From NCBI GenBank assembly GCA_035529435.1, contig DATKWS010000091.1, forward strand, positions 1 to 58,186: 58,186 nucleotides of DNA, written 5' to 3'. This document shows positions 1 through 8,763 of the stretch, piece by piece. Source of the DNA: Patescibacteria group bacterium. GTDB taxonomy: Bacteria; Krumholzibacteriota; Krumholzibacteriia; Krumholzibacteriales; Krumholzibacteriaceae. Positions within the stretch are counted from its first letter, which is position 1; every line of letters begins with the position of its first letter. Position numbers and translations under genes: made by a program. The notes beneath the pieces are model-generated. The model ran no database searches, was not told the origin of the DNA, and saw nothing but the letters and a program-made list of their open reading frames with translations.

Positions 1-1479
1 TGTGAGGTTGTGGAGGATGGTATGGATGCCGTCCTCCGCGGTGGAATAGATATGCTGGAGGATGGAAAGGGGAATCTCGAATCTGAAAACGGCGAGGAAT
101 GTGAGTACCGATTTTTCCTCAGGCGTCAGGAGCGAAAGGAAGTTCTCCCGCTCAACGTTCCGGGAGCGTCCATGCCGCTGCAGCGACACGAGAAAGTTGG
201 TTTTCGAGATTGCCAGCGGCAGATCGCTATCGGCGTGAGGACGTGCAAATTTCGCCGGCCCGGTGGGGACGAGATCGCAGAGCGCCCGCCGCCGCTCCGG
301 CGGGCCGTGAGGCGGCACTGTCAATGTCGTTACCGACACCTCCTTGTGCTTTTTCAATTCCCCGATCGCATCGCTGAGAACCCGCGGGGTTTTCTCGTTC
401 AATACGAGTATGGCAATGGGGCACTGCTCGAGAGCACTGCAGACACGATCGAGCATGCAGGCGCACAGGAGTGCCTCCTGTGAATGATCGTCAATCAGAA
501 CGAAATCCACGTTTTCCGTATCGGCGGTTTCCCCGATATTGCTGTGAAGGTCCTGATCGCTGAGGAGGGCTCCCTGCTCGAATCCCAACTGTTGTTCCAG
601 CATGCGCGCGGCGAAATGAAGAAAACTCGTTTTGCCTTCACCGTTCTTTCCCTCTACCACGATGAGATGTCGCACACCGCGTTTCGCCTGCGAGGCCGCC
701 TGCTGCAGGATCCGGAGCGCCCGTTCAGGCGGTTCGTAGCACGGTTGCAATCCCATGATGGTGAAGGTCTTCCGATCCTTCAATTCGAGGAACGACACGA
801 GTTCATCCATAAATGCAAAGAACGATTCCCTGTCCGTTTCCGCGTCGAGTTTCTGGAGGCGCGCTGCAAACTTTTTGCACTGTGCCGCCGGTTCGGAATC
901 GAAGTATCTGCTGAAAATTTCGAAGATGTCTCCCAGGTGGCGGAGGTCGGTATTCAATGGAGCCGAAGATCGTACGTGGGTATGTCCGCCGTTTTCTATG
1001 TACGCGAGCATCTCGGCGGGGAGGAGGTACGCTGTCGGGAGAATGCGCAGCGCGGTATTGATCATGACGACCGACTTCGGTGTCAGGTTATGGTAAAGCA
1101 GGCCGGTGCGGAGGTGCGATAGTACCGCCGTAGCGAGCTCCACGAGATGCTTCAACGCGGTTTGCGGTTTCATCGAGGGTAGGGCCTTCGTGATGGGGAC
1201 AATGGTCGTGTGCGGCATCAGAAACGTGATCCCGCTCTCGCACCGTTGAATCGTCAGCGCCGGTGCGATCATGCCATTCTCCCTGGAGAAGAGGTAGTCC
1301 CTCATCTTGAGATCTTCCAGGGAGAGGGAGAGGTACGAGGGGGGGAGGGAAAAAAGAAAATATTTCTTGTCGCTGAGCGAATCCTCGACACTGAAGCCTT
1401 GCCATGGCGGATAGGCCCCGAGGAATTTCTTGTTGACGTAACGGGAATTGAAGTGCTCACTCGCCGGGTTTTTGCTCAT
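1..1479 (-). CDS. Protein-kinase-like (probably pseudokinase) N-domain fused to an AAA/STAND-type P-loop NTPase; partial, 3' end runs off the window
   Basis: Absent from the ORF track because it has no stop in the window. I translated the minus strand by hand from ATG 1479-1477 (GGAGA about 8 nt upstream); the frame stays open to base 1 (493 codons). It has Walker A 'VVEGKNGEGKTSF' and a Walker-B-like 'DFVLIDDH'. The N-terminal ~200 aa are kinase-like, but the catalytic loop reads 'LYHNLTPKSV' instead of HRDxKxxN. Plus-strand ORFs 10..483 and 484..1122 are its antisense shadows. Confidence 0.6.
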   Translation of the reverse strand, partial: MSKNPASEHFNSRYVNKKFLGAYPPWQGFSVEDSLSDKKYFLFSLPPSYLSLSLEDLKMRDYLFSRENGMIAPALTIQRCESGITFLMPHTTIVPITKALPSMKPQTALKHLVELATAVLSHLRTGLLYHNLTPKSVVMINTALRILPTAYLLPAEMLAYIENGGHTHVRSSAPLNTDLRHLGDIFEIFSRYFDSEPAAQCKKFAARLQKLDAETDRESFFAFMDELVSFLELKDRKTFTIMGLQPCYEPPERALRILQQAASQAKRGVRHLIVVEGKNGEGKTSFLHFAARMLEQQLGFEQGALLSDQDLHSNIGETADTENVDFVLIDDHSQEALLCACMLDRVCSALEQCPIAILVLNEKTPRVLSDAIGELKKHKEVSVTTLTVPPHGPPERRRALCDLVPTGPAKFARPHADSDLPLAISKTNFLVSLQRHGRSRNVERENFLSLLTPEEKSVLTFLAVFRFEIPLSILQHIYSTAEDGIHTILHNLT

Positions 1480-1518
1480 GGAAATCAGTCTCCGTTAATA
1501 TTTTTGCCTGGTTAAAAT

Positions 1519-1547
1519 ATTTTACACGAGGTCTATTGATAAATCAA
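1519..1547 (-). promoter_or_regulatory. Sigma70-like promoter for the pseudokinase/NTPase gene
   Basis: On the minus strand: TTGATT (1547-1542), 17-nt spacer, TAAAAT (1524-1519). It lies in an AT-rich patch about 40 nt upstream of the ATG at 1479. Confidence 0.4.
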
Positions 1548-1703
1548 GACTTATTCTCGTTCGGCGTCGCCTTTGCTCTCGGTGGATCGAATGGTCGGGA
1601 GATTCGGTCGAGGCTGGATTCGAGCGGCGACGGCCGGTCCGGCACGCATGGCCGAAACTTCGCCGCCGGAGCGCACCACGCCGTATTCGGTCGACCGGTG
1701 GTA

Positions 1704-2048
1704 TCAGGGAATGTAGAGCAACCGGCCACAGTTCTCGCAGGTGAGCAGTTCATGCCGGTAAGATGCTGAGAAAAATGACGTTGGGAGCTTGACGAAGCAG
1801 CCGAGGCACTTATTCCCGGTCACGGGCAGTATGGCCACCGTGTAATGGGAGGCAAGCTTCTCGTACCTGTTGAGGAGATGCTGCGGTATCTTGTGCGCCA
1901 GGTTGACACGCGCATTCTGGAGCTCTTCGAGGCCGTTGAGCTGAAATCCAAGGTTTCTCAGCTCCGTCGAGGTCGACTTGTCCTTGACCTCCTTGATCAT
2001 GATGTCGAGATCTTGCAGGGCGATCAGAAGCCTGAATTCTTCCTTCAC
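1704..2048 (-). CDS. Small coiled-coil plus C4 zinc-ribbon protein (COG1579/DUF164-like, short form)
   Basis: 114-aa ORF with an N-terminal helical region and C-terminal 'CLGC...(20 aa)...CENC'. The GTG start overlaps the ptsN stop (GTGA at 2045-2048). Confidence 0.6.
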   Translation of the reverse strand: MKEEFRLLIALQDLDIMIKEVKDKSTSTELRNLGFQLNGLEELQNARVNLAHKIPQHLLNRYEKLASHYTVAILPVTGNKCLGCFVKLPTSFFSASYRHELLTCENCGRLLYIP

Positions 2049-2512
2049 ACCTCGCTCCCCCCGAGAATGTTGATCAGGGTCTTGAAATCCGTGACATCGT
2101 ACAGTGCCATCAGCTTGTTGGGTTTCTGGATCAGGCCGATCAGTTCGCTGAGAAGCGCGAGGTACGCCTCGGCTCCCCTGTTCGAGGGAGCCAGTATGAG
2201 GAAAAAAATCTTCGTCGGTTTGCCATCGAGCGCTTCGAAATCGACATCACCCGCCGAGCGTGCAAAGAGCACGGTTAAGTTCTTTATTGCTAATGACTTG
2301 CCGTGAGGAAAGGCGACGCCGTCCCCGAGCCCGGTGCTCCCGAGGCTCTCGCGATTCTTCAGCATCTCCATGATGAACCGCTCGTCCGAGATCTTTCCCC
2401 CGGTGGCGAGGTGACGCACCATTTCCTGTAGTACGGAAATTTTTTTCCGTGAGCGGAGGTGGAATATGCATTGGTCTTCTTTGAAATGCTCGAGTAACGT
2501 ATTTGTTTCCAT
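2045..2512 (-). CDS. ptsN: PTS EIIA(Ntr)-type nitrogen regulatory protein
   Basis: EIIA type-2 signature 'GSTGLGDGVAFPHGK' with the phosphorylatable His about 70 aa from the ATG at 2512 (METNTLL...). The ORF track extends to a TTG at 2536, which would be nearly leaderless relative to the promoter below. Confidence 0.8.
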   Translation of the reverse strand: METNTLLEHFKEDQCIFHLRSRKKISVLQEMVRHLATGGKISDERFIMEMLKNRESLGSTGLGDGVAFPHGKSLAIKNLTVLFARSAGDVDFEALDGKPTKIFFLILAPSNRGAEAYLALLSELIGLIQKPNKLMALYDVTDFKTLINILGGSEV

Positions 2513-2545
2513 CTTTGGTTTGACTTTCGGGCTCAATTCACCATG

Positions 2546-2574
2546 TGTATAACAGTTTGCTCTTTCTCTGACAA
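2546..2574 (-). promoter_or_regulatory. Sigma70-like promoter for ptsN
   Basis: On the minus strand: TTGTCA (2574-2569), 17 nt, TATACA (2551-2546), in the AT-rich divergent region between ptsN and rsgA. Confidence 0.4.
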
Positions 2575-2639
2575 TATATTTTTGCTAAACTGCAGCAAGT
2601 TTTCGTGTTTTTTATTGGGATGCAGCGATTCTGACCACC

Positions 2640-3584
2640 ATGACACCTTCAAATGTACCAAAGGGCTTCATCATTCGCATACTCGGCGCGGATTACTACG
2701 TCGTGAGCGGTGGGGAGGAGATACGCTGTTCACTGCGGGGGCGGTTCCGGATCGGGGGAAGCCCCGAGGAAGCCCTGCCGGTGGTGGGAGATACCGTCGA
2801 ATTCAGGAGGGGGGGAAGTGCGGATACGCGCGGTCCTTCCGGCCTGGTCCTCTCGATCCTGCCGAGAAACTCGATCTTCGCGAGGAGCAATCCCCTCGGC
2901 AAGAAGAGGTACCGGATCCTTGGCGCGAACCTCGACCATGTCATTCTCGTTTTTGCGGTGCGGGAACCGGAGTTGAACATCAGGCTACTCGATAGAATGC
3001 TGGTGGCCGCGGGGTGCGGTCATATGAATCCCGTTATCTGCTTCAACAAGATGGACTTGGCTGATAAGCCAGACCGATTCCGCCGTGAGATGGTTTCATA
3101 TGAGGCGATGGGGTACGAGGTCATTTTCTGCAGTGCCCGTGACGGGGAGGGGCTCGAGCGGCTGAGGGCAATCATGGGCGGCGCAAAATCGATAATGGTC
3201 GGTCCATCGGGAGCGGGCAAGACATCTATCGTGGCGGCGCTGGAGCCGGGGCTCGATCTCAGGATCGCGGAGGTGAGCGACCGCACGGGTAAGGGACGGC
3301 ATACCACCTCGCATTTCGAGCTTCATCCCCTCGCGGGGGGCGGGTACCTCGGGGACAGTCCCGGTGTGCGTGAATTCGGCATATGGGGTGTTTCCCGCGA
3401 GGATCTGGACGACTATTTCCTTGATTTTACGCCTTTTATCGGATACTGCAGGTTTGCGGGTTGCACGCACAGCCACGAGCCGGGATGCGCGATCAAGGAG
3501 GCCGTGGAGAACGGCTCGGTACTGCACGGACGGTACGAGAGCTATCTCCGCATACTCGAGGAATTACCCGATACGCTGCCGTAA
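2640..3584 (+). CDS. rsgA: Ribosome small-subunit-dependent GTPase A
   Basis: Circularly permuted GTPase order 'NKMDL' (G4) before 'GPSGAGKTS' (G1). C-terminal zinc knuckle 'CRFAGCTHSHEPGCAIKEAV', typical of RsgA/YjeQ. Confidence 0.9.
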   Translation: MTPSNVPKGFIIRILGADYYVVSGGEEIRCSLRGRFRIGGSPEEALPVVGDTVEFRRGGSADTRGPSGLVLSILPRNSIFARSNPLGKKRYRILGANLDHVILVFAVREPELNIRLLDRMLVAAGCGHMNPVICFNKMDLADKPDRFRREMVSYEAMGYEVIFCSARDGEGLERLRAIMGGAKSIMVGPSGAGKTSIVAALEPGLDLRIAEVSDRTGKGRHTTSHFELHPLAGGGYLGDSPGVREFGIWGVSREDLDDYFLDFTPFIGYCRFAGCTHSHEPGCAIKEAVENGSVLHGRYESYLRILEELPDTLP

Positions 3585-3590
3585 AAAAGC

Positions 3591-3613
3591 GAGGCGGCCT
3601 TTTCGGCCGCCTC
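3591..3613. terminator. GC-rich hairpin just after the rsgA stop
   Basis: GAGGCGGCC (3591-3599), loop ttttc, GGCCGCCTC (3605-3613): perfect 9-bp stem. An A6 run precedes it (3583-3588), but no T-run follows on the plus strand, so it is an atypical or bidirectional-type terminator. Confidence 0.4.
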
Positions 3614-3679
3614 ACGAGGTAAGGAGGGATTAATGGTGGGTTACATGATCCGCTCTCATATAATGATACGAAGCGAGCC

Positions 3680-4837
3680 GTGAATTGTTCCAATTTTTTT
3701 ATGTGTCGGAGATTTTCCGTGCTCAAGAAGCTTGAGAAACGGGGGAAAATAGCGTTGGCGCGCTTGTTTTCCCTCTTCGTGCGCACACGCACCCTCGCAC
3801 CGGAGGAACTTCATGCCGGTGAGATCACGCGGCTCCTCGTGATCAGGCAGCATAACCAGATGGGGGACATGCTGCTCGCCGTGCCCGCGTTCAGAGGCTT
3901 ACGCAGGCGGTTTCCGAACGCACGCATATCGCTGCTCGCCGCCTCCATCAATACCGACGTCATGCGGAATAATCCGTATATCGACGAGGTGTTGACATAC
4001 GCGAAGGAACGGCACAACAAACTTCCCGCGAGGCTGATTCGATTCGTCGCGCAGCTCCGGCGAAGCCGGTTCGATGCGGTCATCGTCCTCAATACCGTGT
4101 CGTTCTCCATTACCAGCATGTTGCTCGCCTGGATGAGCGGAGCGGCCATCCGCATCGGGTCGACGAGCCGGCCGTTCGGGCATGATCTGACGCGGCGGTT
4201 CTACCACATCGAGTTGCCGCTTCCCTCCGCCGACGAGCTCGAATCGATGCATGAGAGCGAGCACAACCTGTATCCGCTGTCGGTGCTGGGCGTGCACGAG
4301 CGGGATCTCTCGTCGGCGCTCGTTCCCTCGAAGGAGGAGGAGCGCGCCTGCGACCGGTTTATCGCCGCGATCGTGCCGCGGGGTTCGCGTTTTGCCGTCG
4401 TCCACCCCGGCGCCGGCAAGAAGCAGAATATCTGGCCGCCGGACAGATTCGCCGCTGTCGCGGAACGGCTGCGCGACGGCTACGCAATCGATTCGATCAT
4501 GGTGCGGGGGCCGATGGACGGCGAGGTGGCCGATGCGGCCCTGCGCGCGGGGATCTCCCCGTGCACCGTTCTCTCATGCCCGGCACCCGGTTTTCTCGGA
4601 TCCCTTCTCAGGCGGGCCGCGCTCACGATATGCAACGACACCGGGGTCATGCACATAGCCGGCGCGGTCGGCGCGCGGTGCATCGCCGTATTCGGACCGA
4701 CCGACCCGGCGCGATGGAAACCGATCGGTGATCAAATCATCGCGGTGCGCTCGCACGACGGCCGTACCGAATCGGTCGGTGTCGAGGAAGTGTTCGGTGC
4801 GGTACGGAATCTGCTGGACGGTTCATCGGGGCACTAG
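3680..4837 (+). CDS. Glycosyltransferase family 9 (ADP-heptose:LPS heptosyltransferase-like)
   Basis: 'RLLVIRQHNQMGDMLLAVPAFRGLRRRFPNARISLLA' near the N-terminus and 'CNDTGVMHIAGAVGARCIAVFGPTDPARWKP' near the C-terminus are GT9 hallmarks. The start is uncertain (GTG 3680 or ATG 3701). The 3' end overlaps the convergent kinase gene by 15 nt. Confidence 0.8.
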   Translation: MNCSNFFMCRRFSVLKKLEKRGKIALARLFSLFVRTRTLAPEELHAGEITRLLVIRQHNQMGDMLLAVPAFRGLRRRFPNARISLLAASINTDVMRNNPYIDEVLTYAKERHNKLPARLIRFVAQLRRSRFDAVIVLNTVSFSITSMLLAWMSGAAIRIGSTSRPFGHDLTRRFYHIELPLPSADELESMHESEHNLYPLSVLGVHERDLSSALVPSKEEERACDRFIAAIVPRGSRFAVVHPGAGKKQNIWPPDRFAAVAERLRDGYAIDSIMVRGPMDGEVADAALRAGISPCTVLSCPAPGFLGSLLRRAALTICNDTGVMHIAGAVGARCIAVFGPTDPARWKPIGDQIIAVRSHDGRTESVGVEEVFGAVRNLLDGSSGH

Positions 4838-6577
4838 CGTGATCCTGAGTTGCAGCGTTTCGTCGGCGGGAATATAGACCACATTCGACCAGTCCTTGCG
4901 ACCGATCTTTTTCAGCTCGATTCTATGCTCTCCGGCGGGGATCGTGATCGGTTCCTCGAGCGGTGTTCTCCCCTTGAACAGCCCGTCGATGTAGATCTGC
5001 ACGCCCGCATCCGTGATGAAATTCACACCGCCGGTGATCGGCTGCAGGATGATGTTCCGGCGTGAGAGTTCGTCCCGCTTGATGCTGATCCGTTCGCGGT
5101 ATTCGCGATATCCCTGCTTCCGGCAGATAACCTCGTGCTCTCCCGCCGTCAGCTCGAACGGTCCGAGACCGCTTCCGTCGTGCCGGTGCACACCGTCCAC
5201 GACGATCTCGGCGTCGGGCTCGACGGATACGGATAGGTACCCGGCCGCCACTGCCGCCTGCTCATGTGCCGCCGGCGGCTGCTGCGGCGGATCGGAGGCG
5301 GGGGCGGATTCCAACGCCGTCTCCCGTTCCGGTTCGGGGAGAGGCTCATCCTCCGGAGCATCGTGCCCCGTTGTGTTCTTCTCTATCGGACGGTCTGTAC
5401 CGATCGTAACCGTGTCGGCGGTCATCCGGTCGTGCGCCGTCGGCGGCGGAACGGGAGCACCGAGCTCCAGCTCGCCCATCTGGAACGATGAACCCTGCAG
5501 CACATCGGCCGTCGCGTCGTTTCCATCCATGACGGCGGGGACCGGATCAGGCGTCCGCATCGCTCCGAACCGCGATCTGATCGTGTCGAGACGCTCCGGA
5601 TTCAGAACGATGAACAGGATTACCGCCAGCGCGATCGCCGACGAGACGAACAGCGGCAGCATGCGCCGTTTCGTACGTTTCTTCTCACGTATCGCGGGCA
5701 TCGCGCCGGTGTCCTCCTCGCCGCTGAGGAGCCGGCGCAGGCTGGTGCGTACGTTCATGATCCTCTCCTGGCCGAGAACCGATTCGATCGCTCGGGCCAT
5801 CTCAAGGGCGGTCCGGAAGCGCTTGGAGGGCTCACGATTGAGGCTCCGCATCACGATGTTCTCCGCCTCGTGGGACACCTCCGTCCCGAGCTTCGAGGGT
5901 GGCGTGACCGCTCCGTGCAGGATATTCTGTATCACGGCCGCATAGTTTTCCCCCATGAACGGCTGCGTCCCCGACAGCAACTCGTAACAGATCGTCCCGA
6001 GCGAGAAGAGGTCGCTCCTCCCGTCGATGGAGTTTCCGATCGCCTGTTCGGGCGACATGTAGAGCGGCGTGCCGAGCAGCGTGTTGGCCACGGTCTGCTG
6101 TGTCTGGCTCTGATGGAGCTTGGCGAGACCGAAATCGGTGATCTTCACCTGCCCCTCGTTCGTGATCATGATGTTCGCCGGTTTGATGTCGCGGTGAATG
6201 ATCCCCCGCTGGTGGGCGTGGTCCAATCCCATGCATATCTCGTGGGCGATGAGCAGAATCAACTCGTCGCGGAGGGTGCCGTGTTTCTCGAAGAGCTCCT
6301 TGAGGCTCAGGCCGTCGATGTACTCCATGACGATGTAGTAGTTTTCGTCCGTCGATCCGAAGTCGATGATCCGTACGATGTTCTCGTGATCGAGGCTCGC
6401 CGCCGCTTTTGCCTCGAGCTCGAAGCGTCTCGTGAAGTTGGGGTCCGAGGTGAGGTGGGAATGGAGCCGCTTGATGACGACCGGGCGGTCGAGTGAGCTC
6501 TGTATCGCCTTGTACAGTACGGCGGTGCCGCCCGTGGCGATCGTGTTGAGCACCTGATAGTTTCGCTGCGTTTTCAT
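4823..6577 (-). CDS. Hanks-type Ser/Thr protein kinase with a TM helix and two C-terminal PEGA domains
   Basis: Starts 'MKTQRNYQVLNTIATGGTAVLYKA'. Catalytic motifs are 'HRDIKPANIMI', 'DFGLA' and 'YMSPEQ'. The TM segment is 'LPLFVSSAIALAVILFIVL'. Two PEGA-like modules follow (GYLSVSVEPDAEIVVDG...; VNFITDAGVQIYIDG...). I chose ATG 6577, which overlaps the phosphatase stop (ATGA), rather than the 780-aa track ORF. The extra 196 codons of that ORF are R/G-rich and overlap the phosphatase gene. Confidence 0.85.
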   Translation of the reverse strand: MKTQRNYQVLNTIATGGTAVLYKAIQSSLDRPVVIKRLHSHLTSDPNFTRRFELEAKAAASLDHENIVRIIDFGSTDENYYIVMEYIDGLSLKELFEKHGTLRDELILLIAHEICMGLDHAHQRGIIHRDIKPANIMITNEGQVKITDFGLAKLHQSQTQQTVANTLLGTPLYMSPEQAIGNSIDGRSDLFSLGTICYELLSGTQPFMGENYAAVIQNILHGAVTPPSKLGTEVSHEAENIVMRSLNREPSKRFRTALEMARAIESVLGQERIMNVRTSLRRLLSGEEDTGAMPAIREKKRTKRRMLPLFVSSAIALAVILFIVLNPERLDTIRSRFGAMRTPDPVPAVMDGNDATADVLQGSSFQMGELELGAPVPPPTAHDRMTADTVTIGTDRPIEKNTTGHDAPEDEPLPEPERETALESAPASDPPQQPPAAHEQAAVAAGYLSVSVEPDAEIVVDGVHRHDGSGLGPFELTAGEHEVICRKQGYREYRERISIKRDELSRRNIILQPITGGVNFITDAGVQIYIDGLFKGRTPLEEPITIPAGEHRIELKKIGRKDWSNVVYIPADETLQLRITLVPR

Positions 6578-7311
6578 CGTGCCGTCGCCAGTCTCATCGC
6601 CAGGCTCTCCGGCAGCCCCACTGACTGTATTTTCTTCTGCGCGGAAGAGATGTCGTATGGCACCCTGCGTATCGACATCCGGTTTTTCTTGAGATCGAGA
6701 ATCGTGAAGCTCGCCGCGGCGATGCCGTCCCGCGGCTGCCCGATGCTCCCCACATTGATCAGGTAGCGCGTGCCCGCGGCGACGCTCGCGAACGATTGGT
6801 CGATAATCCTGCACCCCTCTCGCTCGGTATACGCGATGATGCTGGGAACGTGCGTGTGGCCGATGAAGACGAACTTCTCGGCGCACTGCGTGAATACATT
6901 TTTCGCTTGTCCAACCGTGTAGATGTATTCGAAGTCGAGCGGTGAAATTGGTGATCCATGGGCAAAAACGCATCCCCCGTACCGGCGAACGGGATCGTAC
7001 CGCTCGAGCATCTCGCGGTGTCGCGGTTCCAGTCTTTCCGCGGTCCATTGAATCGCCCGCTTTGCCGTCTGGTTGAACGTGTCGCAGTCCTCGAGACCGA
7101 TCGCCGCGAGGTCGTGGTTGCCGCTCACACGAACGTGCGCGCACTCCTGCACCGTCTCGACGCATTCGCGGGGATTCGCCCCGTAACCGACGACATCCCC
7201 GAGAGAGACGACGATGTCGGGACGAAGGGCGGCGATCTCCTCGAGAACCATCTCGAGCGCCTCGATATTTCCGTGAATGTCAGAGAATACCAAATACCGC
7301 ATCATAATCAC
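6574..7311 (-). CDS. PPP-family metallophosphoesterase (putative Ser/Thr protein phosphatase)
   Basis: Motifs 'FSDIHGN', 'LGDVVGYG', 'SGNHD' and 'GHTH' match the calcineurin-like/PPP layout. The GTG start overlaps the FHA gene stop (GTGA 7308-7311); ATG 7305 is an alternative. Confidence 0.8.
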   Translation of the reverse strand: MIMMRYLVFSDIHGNIEALEMVLEEIAALRPDIVVSLGDVVGYGANPRECVETVQECAHVRVSGNHDLAAIGLEDCDTFNQTAKRAIQWTAERLEPRHREMLERYDPVRRYGGCVFAHGSPISPLDFEYIYTVGQAKNVFTQCAEKFVFIGHTHVPSIIAYTEREGCRIIDQSFASVAAGTRYLINVGSIGQPRDGIAAASFTILDLKKNRMSIRRVPYDISSAQKKIQSVGLPESLAMRLATAR

Positions 7312-8645
7312 CGTTTGAAGACGAATTCCTCCGAACCGATGGCGATCAGATCCTCTTCCTCGAGGACCTTCTCATCCATTTCTTCACCATTGATGTTCAG
7401 CGCGCTGGTGCCCGCGATTTTACGGATCACATAATCATCGCCGCGGCGGGTGATCGTGAGCGAGGCGCGCGGCCCGAAAATGCCTTTCAGGCGAATGTCG
7501 GCCCTCCGCTCCCTGGCGATAAGCACTTCTTCACGTTCCAGAACATGCTCCTCGTGGTTGGAACGCCGGTAGATCCGCGGCGGGCGTTGCGGGTACTGGA
7601 CCGTGAACGGATCGGGCTTCGCGCCCGAATGGAAGTTCGGGATAATGACGGTCTGGTCCATGCTGTTCACGCTCGCCGTCTCGCCGTCCTGTTCCTGGAA
7701 AACGATCTGGTACTTGCCGATGGTGATGATGTCGCCATCGGCAAGCGCGGCCTCCTTCACCGGCTGGCCGTTCAGAAAGGTGCCGTTCTTGCTGTCGCAG
7801 TCGCGGAGACGGTACCCATCCGTGGTCTTGGCGATGACGAGGTGCCGCCGCGAGACGCTCAGGTTGTCGATCACGATGTCATTCTGGGGGAGGCGCCCGA
7901 TGCTGAGCTCGGCGCTGGTCATCGTATAGTTCTTCAGCGGCCGGTTCTTCAGCCGGACGACGAGCTTCGGCGGCCTGCTGAGGTAGAACATCGATATCGA
8001 GCCGCTGTATCCCTCGGGGAGCGGGCGGGCATCCTCGGCGTGGCACACGATGAGATCGGTGAACAGCCTGATCTCGAACGGGCTGCGCGTGGAGAGCGTA
8101 TAGACCCTGACGAGAAAATCGTCACGCACGTTGGCCTCGCGCGGCGGTGTACCGGGTGATCCGCCGTAGCACGAGATCGGTTTTCCATCCTGATATCGCA
8201 CTATGATGAGGTTGCCCGGCTGGAACGCCGTTACCAGGGCGCTGCGCCGTTGCTGCTCTATATCATCCATCAGCTCATCGAGGTCCACGAGGTTCGAGTT
8301 CACCTTGAGATCGGATTTCTTCTGAAGGTAGACGAGCAGCGAGTGGTAGAGCACCAGGCTCGTCTGGTACACGATTATCTTCGGGAATTGTGTTTTCCTG
8401 AGGCTCGCCAGAAACTTCCTCACCGAGATACCCTGAAATCCGTCCTCACCGCGGACCGTGACCCAGTAGAGTTGGCCGTCCCGCATGAATGCGAAGTACT
8501 GGGTGTACTGGTTGTAGATCTCCATGACGAGCGGGTACTTGGTGCTGAGGTTGAAGAAATGCGCAAGCAACCCGTCGAATTCAGCCCAATCGAGATCGGT
8601 CGGATCGAGGAGCACCTTATCGTACGGTATCTGAAGTCTCGACAT
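7308..8645 (-). CDS. Dual FHA-domain protein with an unassigned ~240-aa N-terminal domain
   Basis: Two FHA-like modules: 'SIGRLPQNDIVIDNLSVSRRHLVIAK...DCDSKNGTFLNGQPV...GDIITIGKYQIVF' and 'IARERRADIRLKG...ASLTITRRGDDYVIRK...ALNINGEEM...DLIAIGSEEFVFK'. Confidence 0.8.
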   Translation of the reverse strand: MSRLQIPYDKVLLDPTDLDWAEFDGLLAHFFNLSTKYPLVMEIYNQYTQYFAFMRDGQLYWVTVRGEDGFQGISVRKFLASLRKTQFPKIIVYQTSLVLYHSLLVYLQKKSDLKVNSNLVDLDELMDDIEQQRRSALVTAFQPGNLIIVRYQDGKPISCYGGSPGTPPREANVRDDFLVRVYTLSTRSPFEIRLFTDLIVCHAEDARPLPEGYSGSISMFYLSRPPKLVVRLKNRPLKNYTMTSAELSIGRLPQNDIVIDNLSVSRRHLVIAKTTDGYRLRDCDSKNGTFLNGQPVKEAALADGDIITIGKYQIVFQEQDGETASVNSMDQTVIIPNFHSGAKPDPFTVQYPQRPPRIYRRSNHEEHVLEREEVLIARERRADIRLKGIFGPRASLTITRRGDDYVIRKIAGTSALNINGEEMDEKVLEEEDLIAIGSEEFVFKR

Positions 8646-8763
8646 GACGTTGTACCCTGCCCTCTTCTCGGATTTTCATACGAACTCTCGCAAGAACAGT
8701 GCCAACACGTCAGATCGCGGATCGGTCCCTCGAACCACCCGTCATGTCATCCGTTGCGCCGCA

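Noticed and set aside
10-1122. Plus-strand track ORFs 10..483 and 484..1122 (157 and 212 aa)
   Set aside because: They lie antisense to a continuous 493-codon minus-strand frame that has a good SD and ATG plus Walker A/B motifs. Their own translations have no motifs and an odd composition.
6578-7165. N-terminal 196-codon extension of the kinase ORF (track ORF 4823..7165)
   Set aside because: The extension is R/G/H-rich and overlaps the phosphatase gene out of frame. The kinase subdomain I glycine loop begins right after the ATG at 6577, which overlaps the phosphatase stop.
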